A stretch of 64,000 nt of DNA from Dehalococcoidia bacterium (GTDB lineage: Bacteria; Chloroflexota; Dehalococcoidia; Lucifugimonadales; JADFKI01), in contig OZ243964.1 of NCBI GenBank assembly GCA_965214635.1, positions 2,572,764 to 2,636,763 on the forward strand, given 5' to 3'. The translations under genes were made by a program, and so were the position numbers. Positions within the stretch are counted from its first letter, which is position 1. Each line of letters starts with the position of its first letter. Under the pieces are notes generated by a model. It ran no database searches, was not told where the DNA came from, and saw nothing but the letters and a program-made list of their open reading frames with translations. Positions 53,858 to 62,365 of the stretch are shown here, one piece after another.

Positions 53858-54526
53858 ATGACGCAGACGCCCGACATAGAAGCCGTGCTGTTCGACGCGG
53901 ACGGCGTCTTGCAGATGCCGATTGACGGCTGGCGCAAGCGCCTCACGGACATGTGCGGCGCAACACCCGACAACCACGCCCCCGACAATGACGATAGGGA
54001 GGCGTTCCTGCAAGACTTATACGCTGCTGAGATGCCGGCTCTGCGCGGCGAGGGTGACTTCGCCGACTTGCTCGCCGATGTGCTGCGAAAGTGGAACTCG
54101 CCGTTCACATCGCAGGAAGCCGTCCATAACCATACGACCATCGTCCAAGCGAACCCGGACGCCATCGCCGTAGTGTGTGCCCTGCGTGCCGCCGGAGTCG
54201 GCGCATTTGTGGCTAGCAACCAGCACGAGTATCGCGCCCGCCACATGTCTGCGCACATGGGGTATGCAGCCGTGTTCGACGGCGAGTTCTACTCCTGCCG
54301 GCTGGGATACAAGAAGCCCGACATCGGCTACTTCCGCGCGGTATTGGAGGCGCTGCCCATTCCTGCAGAACGGTTGCTCTTCATTGACGACCGCGAACCC
54401 AATGTGGCAGCGGCGTGCGAAATCGGCATCCAGGGCGTCGTGTTTCACCCCGACGGGGGAGCGCCTGCCCTGCGACAGATACTCGTCGAACACGGCATAG
54501 AAGCGCTGAACGAATCGGGCGAATGA
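53858..54526 (+). CDS. HAD-superfamily hydrolase
   Basis: VLFDADGVL, SN, KKPD, FIDDREPNV. Confidence 0.85.
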   Translation: MTQTPDIEAVLFDADGVLQMPIDGWRKRLTDMCGATPDNHAPDNDDREAFLQDLYAAEMPALRGEGDFADLLADVLRKWNSPFTSQEAVHNHTTIVQANPDAIAVVCALRAAGVGAFVASNQHEYRARHMSAHMGYAAVFDGEFYSCRLGYKKPDIGYFRAVLEALPIPAERLLFIDDREPNVAAACEIGIQGVVFHPDGGAPALRQILVEHGIEALNESGE

Positions 54527-54625
54527 GCGAAATAGCAAAGCAAGACATAGCGTTATTCGATAAATGCGTATCACAGAAGGGACTTGCACAGACTTATTGA
54601 AAAGAGGAATTAAGCGAGGGGTATC

Positions 54626-55027
54626 GTGAGGGCAGACGAGATACGAGCAAGCGTAGTTGAGGATTTTATAGACCCTGCGCGCGAAGCCGGAGAAGAGAGC
54701 GTGTTCATCCTGTTCAAGGATGTTCGTAGCCGCATCGGGCCGCCGCGCCCGGACCGCACCGCCATACGCGGAGCGCTGACGGCACGCAAATTCTTGCGCG
54801 CTCAGAATCTCGACATGGAAGTTAACAAATACACCAGCATCAAATTCACTATACTAGGGCCAAAGCCGCCGGAGCCTACGCCCCCACCCGTGCGTGCACG
54901 CGCATCGCTCCGCAATCAGGTCGCAGATCTATCCCAACGCGAATTCGAATCCCTAGTCCGCGGATACATTCAGGACAAGGGCTTTGGCAACGCCGAAGTT
55001 ACCGTTACGGTTACGATGAAGATGTAG
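54626..55027 (+). CDS. Hypothetical protein ending in a truncated Mrr-like segment
   Basis: GAGGGG SD and GTG start; Pro-rich linker; C-terminal LSQREFESLVRGYIQDKGFGNAEVT. Confidence 0.65.
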   Translation: MRADEIRASVVEDFIDPAREAGEESVFILFKDVRSRIGPPRPDRTAIRGALTARKFLRAQNLDMEVNKYTSIKFTILGPKPPEPTPPPVRARASLRNQVADLSQREFESLVRGYIQDKGFGNAEVTVTVTMKM

Positions 55028-55082
55028 CGCAAGGCGCCGCCGATTCGGCGGTCGGTCATAGTTCAGCAGGAGCAAGTCGCAA

Positions 55083-55169
55083 ATGAATCGCAGGGAGGCA
55101 TTCCTCGCAGTTCGCCGCAAGGGCCGGGTCTTGGCATGGCTCGGTTCGGCGGACTGCGCCGTCCTTTAA
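55083..55169 (+). CDS. Candidate 28-aa leader peptide upstream of leuA
   Basis: AGGAG SD; MNRREAFLAVRRKGRVLAWLGSADCAVL; downstream hairpin. Confidence 0.4.
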   Translation: MNRREAFLAVRRKGRVLAWLGSADCAVL

Positions 55170-55250
55170 CCGGCTAACCCGCTCTCACGCCAAATCTCGG
55201 CGGCGTTCCCGCCGAAACCTGAGAATAACGCAACTTTTTAGGAGAGAAAA

Positions 55251-56804
55251 ATGCCTGAAGACAAGGTAATCATCTTCGACACCACGCTGCGCGACGGCGA
55301 GCAGTCGGCGGGCATCGGGTTGACCACGCAAGAGAAGCTGGAGATAGCACGCCAGCTGGATCGGCTGGGTGTGGATGTCATAGAAGCTGGGTTTGCCGCA
55401 AGCTCGCCCGGCGACTTCCGTGCGGTACAGACCATCGCGCGCGATGTTCGCCGCCCCGTCATCGCATCGTTGGCGCGCTGCGTGCTGCCCGATGTGGACG
55501 CCGCTTGGCAAGCCATCAAAGACGCCGAACGCCCGCGCATCCATGTGTTCATATCTAGCTCCGATGTGCAGATTATGAACCAGCTCCGCAAGAACCCGGA
55601 AGAGGTGATGGACATGGCTATCGCCTCTGTCGAGCGCGCCAAGAGCTACTGCGACGATGTGGAGTTCTCGCCGATGGACGCCACACGCACAGACGCCGAA
55701 TACCTGTACAAGATGCTGGAAGGCGCAATAGCCGCCGGCGCAACGACCATCAATGTGCCAGACACCGTGGGCTATGTGATGCCGTGGGAGTTCCGAGAGC
55801 GCATCCGCCTCATCAAAGAGAATGTGCCGAACATAGACAAGGCGACGCTGAGCGTGCACTGCCACAACGACCTAGGGCAAGCAGTGGGCAACAGCCTTGC
55901 GGCGGTGGCTGAGGGCGCGCGGCAGGTGGAAGGCTGCATCAACGGCTTGGGCGAGCGCGCCGGCAACGCCGCCCTAGAAGAGGTCATCATGGCGCTGGAA
56001 ACGCGCAAGGATATGTACGGCGTGTCCACCAGCGTGAACACGCGCCAGATATACCGCACCAGCCGCTTGGTGAGCGACATCACCGGCTTCCCCGTACAGC
56101 CGAACAAGGCTGTGGTGGGCGCAAACGCCTTCCGCCACGCATCTGGCATCCACCAAGACGGCGTGCTCAAAGAGCGCACCACCTTCGAGATCATGGATCC
56201 GCAAGACATCGGCTGGCCGAGCAACGAACTGGTGCTGGGCAAGCTGAGCGGGCGGGCGGGGCTGCGCTCGCGCCTCGACGAACTTGGCTACCACTTGGAG
56301 CAAGACGAACTGAACGAGACGTTCGAGGCGTTCAAGAACCTCGCTGACCGCAAGCCTGAGGTTACGGACGCCGACCTCGTGGCGCTGATGAGCAGCCAGC
56401 GGCGCATCGCCGATGTGCCGAACACCTACACCTTGGAACACATACAGGTGTCGTGCGGCAACCACGATGTGCCCACCGCCACGGTAACGCTGGTGAACCC
56501 GGACGGCGACTCTACCACGGATGCCGCCACCGGCACCGGCCCAATAGACGCCGTGTACAAGGCGATAAACCGCATCGTAGAGGTGCCAAACAGGCTGACG
56601 GAGTATCGCGTGGACGCCGTTACCGAAGGCATAGACGCTCTCGGCGATGTAACCATACGCATCGAGAAGGACAGCAACGCCTATGTCGGGCGCGGCTCGG
56701 ACACGGACATCATTGTGGCGAGCGCCAAAGCGTACATGAATGCGCTGAACCGACTGATAGCGACTGAAGACTTGCGCCCTACGGAGGAAGTACCGATTTC
56801 GTAG
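55251..56804 (+). CDS. leuA: 2-isopropylmalate synthase
   Basis: FDTTLRDGEQS, PDTVGY, HCHNDLG, GERAGNA, HASGIHQDG, C-terminal regulatory domain. Confidence 0.96.
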   Translation: MPEDKVIIFDTTLRDGEQSAGIGLTTQEKLEIARQLDRLGVDVIEAGFAASSPGDFRAVQTIARDVRRPVIASLARCVLPDVDAAWQAIKDAERPRIHVFISSSDVQIMNQLRKNPEEVMDMAIASVERAKSYCDDVEFSPMDATRTDAEYLYKMLEGAIAAGATTINVPDTVGYVMPWEFRERIRLIKENVPNIDKATLSVHCHNDLGQAVGNSLAAVAEGARQVEGCINGLGERAGNAALEEVIMALETRKDMYGVSTSVNTRQIYRTSRLVSDITGFPVQPNKAVVGANAFRHASGIHQDGVLKERTTFEIMDPQDIGWPSNELVLGKLSGRAGLRSRLDELGYHLEQDELNETFEAFKNLADRKPEVTDADLVALMSSQRRIADVPNTYTLEHIQVSCGNHDVPTATVTLVNPDGDSTTDAATGTGPIDAVYKAINRIVEVPNRLTEYRVDAVTEGIDALGDVTIRIEKDSNAYVGRGSDTDIIVASAKAYMNALNRLIATEDLRPTEEVPIS

Positions 56805-56988
56805 TCTTTGCAAAGAACAAGCGCCCCTCCCCTAGCAAGGGTGTCCGACGAGATATTCCTGCGGGGAGAGGCGCTGTACGAATACTGCACCCATTCCAGA
56901 TTTTCGGCTCTGTGAGAAGGGGCTTTTGCCCAAAACTCCAAGTCGAAACGACACTGCAGAACACACAAAACAACTTTTGAGGACAAAA

Positions 56989-58389
56989 ATGCCACCAAAG
57001 ACAATGTTCGAGAAGATTTGGGACAGCCATGTGGTTCACGAAGAGGTGGGGCAGCCCACCGTCTTGTATGTGGACTTGCATCTCGTCCACGAAGTTACAT
57101 CGCCGCAGGCGTTCGATGGGCTGCGGATGACGGGACGCCGTGTGCGCCGCACCGACCTGACGGTCGCCACCGCCGACCACAACACCCCCACTTGGGATCT
57201 GTCCCTGCCCATCACCGACCCCATCGCACAGCAGCAGTTGGATGCGCTCAGCCGCAACTGCGAAGAGTTCGGCATCACGCTGTACGACCGCTTCAGCCCG
57301 CTGCAAGGCATCGTGCATGTCATCGGGCCGGAGCAGGGTTACACGCAGCCGGGCAAGGTCATCGTCTGCGGCGATAGCCACACATCCACGCACGGCGCTT
57401 TCGGCGCTTTCGCAATGGGCATCGGCACATCCGAAGTAGAGCATGTGCTCGCTACGCAGACGCTGCGCCAGTTCAAGCCCAAGACGATGGAGATACGCGT
57501 CAACGGCAGTCTGCCCGCCGGCGTTACCGCCAAGGATGTGGTGCTGAGCATCATCAGGCATATCGGCGTGGCAGGCGCAACCGGGCATGTCATCGAGTAC
57601 ACGGGCGAGGCTATCCGATCCATGTCGATGGAGGGGCGCATGACCGTGTGCAACATGTCCATAGAGGGCGGCGGACGCGCGGGAATGATTGCGCCGGACG
57701 ACACCACATTCGAGTATATGCGCGGTCGCCCTCAGGTGCCGCAAGGCGATGACTTTGACGCCGCCGTGGAGCAGTGGCGCTCGCTCGCCTCCGACGAGGG
57801 CGCAGAGTACGACAGCCTCGTGGAGATAGACGGCAGCGCCCTCGAGCCGCATGTTACTTGGGGCACGAACCCGGGCATGGTCGTCCCCGTAACGGCGCGC
57901 GTCCCAGATCCCAACTCGTACGATGACGCTGGGGAAAAGGAATCCGCCGAGCGCGCCCTGCAATACATGGGGCTTGAGCCGAACACGCCCATGCAGGACA
58001 TCAAGCTTGACCGCATATTCATCGGCTCATGCACGAACTCACGCATCGACGACCTGCGCTCCGCCGCTGAGGTCGCACGCGGGCGCAAGGTGAGCGACGA
58101 TGTGTACGCCATGGTCGTGCCGGGGTCTGCCGCCATCAAGAAGCAGGCAGAGGATGAAGGCTTGGACGCCATATTCAAGGATGCCGGCTTCGACTGGCGT
58201 GTGGCGGGCTGCTCCATGTGTCTGGGGATGAACCCGGACATCATCCAGCCCGGCGAGCGCTGCGCCTCCACCTCCAACCGCAACTTCGAGGGACGGCAAG
58301 GCAAGGGCGGCAGGACGCACCTCGTCAGCCCAGAGATGGCAGCGGCGGCGGCAATCGCAGGCCACTTCGTGGACATCCGAGAATGGTAG
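56989..58389 (+). CDS. leuC: 3-isopropylmalate dehydratase large subunit
   Basis: [44 protein letters not shown]. Confidence 0.97.
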   Translation: MPPKTMFEKIWDSHVVHEEVGQPTVLYVDLHLVHEVTSPQAFDGLRMTGRRVRRTDLTVATADHNTPTWDLSLPITDPIAQQQLDALSRNCEEFGITLYDRFSPLQGIVHVIGPEQGYTQPGKVIVCGDSHTSTHGAFGAFAMGIGTSEVEHVLATQTLRQFKPKTMEIRVNGSLPAGVTAKDVVLSIIRHIGVAGATGHVIEYTGEAIRSMSMEGRMTVCNMSIEGGGRAGMIAPDDTTFEYMRGRPQVPQGDDFDAAVEQWRSLASDEGAEYDSLVEIDGSALEPHVTWGTNPGMVVPVTARVPDPNSYDDAGEKESAERALQYMGLEPNTPMQDIKLDRIFIGSCTNSRIDDLRSAAEVARGRKVSDDVYAMVVPGSAAIKKQAEDEGLDAIFKDAGFDWRVAGCSMCLGMNPDIIQPGERCASTSNRNFEGRQGKGGRTHLVSPEMAAAAAIAGHFVDIREW

Positions 58390-58474
58390 ATGGACATCGG
58401 CGGCTTGCCGACCAGAGTCTTGGCTCTGTCTAACGAATACGCGCCCCAACTCGCCGCGTGCAGGATGTGAGAGC

Positions 58475-58822
58475 ATGGTCAATCGCAGTACGAAGTGGTT
58501 GATGCTTGGGGCGATGGTGATGGTGAGCGCAATGGCTTGCGGCGCACAGCCGAGTGGTGCTGAATTATTCGCTGACAACTGCGCCCAATGCCACGGCGCC
58601 AAAGCGGACGGCACGGCTACCGGGCCGCCGTTGGTGCACAGGTTATATGAACCCGGCCATCACGCGGACTTTGCGTTTCAGAATGCGGTGCAGAACGGCA
58701 TTGTGGCGCACCACTGGAATTTTGGCGATATGCCGGCAGTCCCCGGACTATCAGAAGGCGAGGTAGCAGCGGTTATCGAACATGTGCGGCAGCTGCAGCG
58801 GCAAGCAGGCATCATCAAATAG
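58475..58822 (+). CDS. Monoheme cytochrome c, probable lipoprotein
   Basis: Signal peptide with AMAC lipobox-like motif, CAQCH, GPPL, HWNFGDMP. Confidence 0.85.
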   Translation: MVNRSTKWLMLGAMVMVSAMACGAQPSGAELFADNCAQCHGAKADGTATGPPLVHRLYEPGHHADFAFQNAVQNGIVAHHWNFGDMPAVPGLSEGEVAAVIEHVRQLQRQAGIIK

Positions 58823-58857
58823 GCAAGAAAGATATGACGAGGTAAAGGTTAAAGGCA

Positions 58858-59478
58858 ATGGAAGCATTCACAGCACATAGCGGTGTGGTTGCGCCGCTTA
58901 ACAGGGTCAATGTGGACACCGACCAGATTATACCCAAGCAGTTTCTCAAGCGCATCGAGCGCACTGGCTTCGGGCAGTTCCTGTTCAACGATTGGCGCTT
59001 TCACGAAGACGGCTCGGACAACGCCGACTTCATCCTCAACAAGCCCGGCTACGAGAGCGCATCTATCTTGGTTGCGGGGCGCAACTTCGGCTCAGGCTCG
59101 TCGCGCGAGCATGCGCCCTGGGCGCTGCAAGACTACGGCTTCCGCTGCATCATCGCCCCGAGCTTTGCTGACATCTTCTACAACAACTGTTTCCAAAACG
59201 GTGTGTTGCCCGTAACGCTGCCCGAGGATGTGGTGGAGCGCATCTTGGAGAAGGCGGAGAACACGCCGGGCTACACGCTCACTGTGGACTTGGACGGGCA
59301 GCGCGTATGGGATGACGATGAGGAAATCTCGGCGTCGTTCGACATAGAGTCGTTCCGCCGCCACCTGCTGCTGAACGGGTTGGACGACATCGGGTTGACG
59401 CTGGAGCGAGAAGACGCCATCGCCGCATTCGAGGCGAACCGCAGCCCGCACGGGGGGACGCTGACTGTGGGCAGGTGA
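58858..59478 (+). CDS. leuD: 3-isopropylmalate dehydratase small subunit
   Basis: [43 protein letters not shown]. Confidence 0.97.
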   Translation: MEAFTAHSGVVAPLNRVNVDTDQIIPKQFLKRIERTGFGQFLFNDWRFHEDGSDNADFILNKPGYESASILVAGRNFGSGSSREHAPWALQDYGFRCIIAPSFADIFYNNCFQNGVLPVTLPEDVVERILEKAENTPGYTLTVDLDGQRVWDDDEEISASFDIESFRRHLLLNGLDDIGLTLEREDAIAAFEANRSPHGGTLTVGR

Positions 59479-59508
59479 TATTAAGCGCCCTGATGCTACC
59501 CCTTGCTG

Positions 59509-60357
59509 CTAGCGCTCGGCGGCGGGCGGAGGCTCATCCGAGTCGTCGGGCAGCAGCAGTCCAGACTTTTCGACGCGATCTTCAAGCCGCCTCAGCGTTC
59601 TGCGGGTGGAGCGCAGTTCGCGCAGGATCTCGTCGCGTGATGCTGGGCGCTCCAACTCTCGAAGCTGCTCCATCTTCGCCTCATCGAGGTTGTTGATTAC
59701 CACAGCGATGAACAGGTTGATTACCACGAAAGTCCCTGTTACTACGAAACTCGCAAAGTATATCCACGCCAGAGGGTACACCTCCATGGCGGTGTCCATG
59801 ATGTCTGTCCAGCCCTCGAGGGTCAGCAAGCGGAACATCGTCAGCACCGACACACCGAGGTTCCGCCAGTATGTCGGGTCGTGTTCGTGGAAGAGCTGGT
59901 GGCCTATGATGGCGTAGATGTATACGATGAGGCTCATCAGCAGCATGATGTGTCCGATGCTGGGAATGGAACGCACCAGCGTGGTAACCATCAGCCGCAG
60001 TTCTTGAATAGTGGAGATTAGCCGCAAGACGCGCATCAGACGGGCGAGCCGTGCTACGACGGCGAATTGGCCCGTGGCAGGAATTAGCGAGAACACGATG
60101 ATCAGGAAGTCGAAGACATTCCAGCCGTCCTTGAAGTAGCGGTCTATCCGCGGCGCTTCGGCAGCCATCTTGAGCAACGCCTCTAATATGAATATGCCGA
60201 TGGTTATCTGGTGTCCAAGTTCGAACCAGTATCCGTACTTTGCGGTCAGGGTGGGGGAAGTCCCCATGCCCAACAGGACGGCGTTGCCTATGATAAGCGC
60301 AATTATGGCGTACTCGAAGGCGAGTGTGCTGACAATTCGCTGTGCGATGTTTCTCAT
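59509..60357 (-). CDS. Bacterial voltage-gated sodium channel (NaChBac/BacNav-like)
   Basis: GWNVFDF, S4 RLARLMRVLRLI, filter TLEGW, S6 VINLFIAVVINN, C-terminal coiled coil. Confidence 0.88.
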   Translation of the reverse strand: MRNIAQRIVSTLAFEYAIIALIIGNAVLLGMGTSPTLTAKYGYWFELGHQITIGIFILEALLKMAAEAPRIDRYFKDGWNVFDFLIIVFSLIPATGQFAVVARLARLMRVLRLISTIQELRLMVTTLVRSIPSIGHIMLLMSLIVYIYAIIGHQLFHEHDPTYWRNLGVSVLTMFRLLTLEGWTDIMDTAMEVYPLAWIYFASFVVTGTFVVINLFIAVVINNLDEAKMEQLRELERPASRDEILRELRSTRRTLRRLEDRVEKSGLLLPDDSDEPPPAAER

Positions 60358-60370
60358 TCGTGCTTAACCT

Positions 60371-62164
60371 CTATGCGGGAGAGTCATCGTCTTGTGAGGT
60401 TGTGGTTTCCTGCGAGCGGCGCAGGGATATGCGTCTCATCCCGGTGGACACCATGCCTTGCAGCGCGCGCGCCTCGCGGTTGACGGCTGCGCTGATGTAT
60501 GAGCTGTATTCGCCCATGTTGCGGAACTTCTTGTAGCGCTCTTTCAGCAGGCGTTTGATGGGCTTGGCTTGCAGCTCGGCAAGCTCTTGCAGCAGGACAC
60601 GCCGCAGCTGGCGTGCCGCCTCGTTCGGGTCGGTGTGCGCGCCGCCGGGTGGCTCTTGGACGAGCATGTCGACGATGCGATACTCGCGGCAGTCGTGCGC
60701 CGTCAGTTTGAGCGATTCGGCGACCTCGTCCGCGCGCCCTTCGTCTTGGTATATGAGTTCGGCGGCGCCTTCGGGCGATATGACGGAGTAGATGGCGTTT
60801 TCCATCATCAGCACGCGGTCGGTTACGCCGAAAGCCAGCGCCGCTTCGCTGCCGCCCTCGCCGATGACCACGCCTACCGACGGCGTTGCAACGCCACTCA
60901 GCTGCGTTATCGTGCTTGCGATTGCCACTCCAAGCCCGTGTTCCTCGGATGTGATGCTGACATCGGGGCCGGGTGAGTCCAGCAGCGTAATGATGGGCAG
61001 GTCGAACTTGCGCGCCATGTTGAATGCGCGCTGCGCCTTGCGAAATCCCTCCGGCGCTATGCCGCGCCCAGACGGTCTGATGCGCTCTTGTCCCACCACC
61101 ATCACCGTCTGCCCGCCTAGGCTGCCGAAGCCGCAGATGACGGAGGGGTCGTCTGACCCGCTACGGTCGCCGTGTATCTCGATGAAGTTGGCGAACACGC
61201 GCTCGATGTACTCCGATGCGGTGGGGCGATATTCGTGGCGCGCCAGCCGCACCGAGTCCCACGCATCGGTGCGCTGCGGCTCAACCATCTGCGGGCTGCT
61301 CTTGCGGCGCGGCGTTAGGCTGTACTGCTGTCCGAGCAGCTCCAGCATGGTGGCGAGTAGGGTTCGCAGATGGGAGCGGTCCACGATGCCGTCGAGCAGC
61401 CCGTATTGCAGATGCGCCTCGGCGGTCTGAGAGCTGCTGGGCAGCGGCTCTTCGGTGGCTTCTTTCAGGTCGCGCACGGGGGAGAAGCCGACGATGGCTT
61501 CGGGTTCGGCGACGACGATGTCGGCGAGGCTTGCGAAGCCTGCGTAAGTCTGCCCGATGGCGGGGTTTGCTAGGGCGGCGATGAAGGGCAGCCCGGTTTC
61601 GGCGTACTTCACGGCGGCGATGGAAGTCTTCGCCATCTGCATCAGCGACAGCACACCCTCTTGGATGCGCGCACCGCCGCTGGTGATGACTGCGAGCACG
61701 GGCAGGTTGCGCTTGGCTGCCTGCTCGAAAGCGAGCGCTATCTTTTCGCCAACCACGCAGCCCATCGTGCCGCCCATGAAGCCGAAGTCTAGCGCAATGA
61801 GCATTATGGGGCTGCCGCCTATGGCGCATCTGCCGGTTACCACCGCTTCGGCAAGCCCGGTGCGCCGTTGGTCGCTGAATATGCGCTGCTTGTACGAGCC
61901 GCGCGACGAGAACGACAGCGGGTCGAGCGAGGTTACGGATCGGTTTATCTCGCGAAAACTGCCCTTGTCCACGAGCGATGTGATGCGCTCGCGCGCCGTG
62001 ATGCTGTAGTGGAAGCGGCACACGGGGCAAACTCGCAGCGTCAAATACAAGTCGGATAGCGCCATGCTTTGGCCGCACACGAGGCAGATTTCGCGCTCGT
62101 GCGGCTCGGCTTCCCCGTTGCGCCCGCCTTTGACTGAACTCAAGATGCCGGTAAGGTTACGCAT
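60371..62164 (-). CDS. Fused acyl-CoA carboxylase carboxyltransferase beta/alpha (AccD-AccA)
   Basis: CLVC...CPVC zinc finger, DFGFMGGTMG, SGGARIQEG; then RPTASEYI, IHGDR, PEGFRKAQR, YSVISPEGAA, EPPGGAH. Confidence 0.88.
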   Translation of the reverse strand: MRNLTGILSSVKGGRNGEAEPHEREICLVCGQSMALSDLYLTLRVCPVCRFHYSITARERITSLVDKGSFREINRSVTSLDPLSFSSRGSYKQRIFSDQRRTGLAEAVVTGRCAIGGSPIMLIALDFGFMGGTMGCVVGEKIALAFEQAAKRNLPVLAVITSGGARIQEGVLSLMQMAKTSIAAVKYAETGLPFIAALANPAIGQTYAGFASLADIVVAEPEAIVGFSPVRDLKEATEEPLPSSSQTAEAHLQYGLLDGIVDRSHLRTLLATMLELLGQQYSLTPRRKSSPQMVEPQRTDAWDSVRLARHEYRPTASEYIERVFANFIEIHGDRSGSDDPSVICGFGSLGGQTVMVVGQERIRPSGRGIAPEGFRKAQRAFNMARKFDLPIITLLDSPGPDVSITSEEHGLGVAIASTITQLSGVATPSVGVVIGEGGSEAALAFGVTDRVLMMENAIYSVISPEGAAELIYQDEGRADEVAESLKLTAHDCREYRIVDMLVQEPPGGAHTDPNEAARQLRRVLLQELAELQAKPIKRLLKERYKKFRNMGEYSSYISAAVNREARALQGMVSTGMRRISLRRSQETTTSQDDDSPA

Positions 62165-62365
62165 CGTGCCCTCCCCCGCCTTGCGGACTGCCTGCCACCA
62201 TTGAAGGCGCGCGGTGCGTCAGCAGTGTCCCAACCATTCCGGTAAGGAAAGCGACTCTGCGGCGTTCTCATATGACGATATGGCGTGCCGCAGAGTTTGC
62301 GTCTTGTGGGTTGCCGCACCTGTTTTGATGCCCTGCAAGGCTTGCTCGTCTTGGGATGTCGGGTA

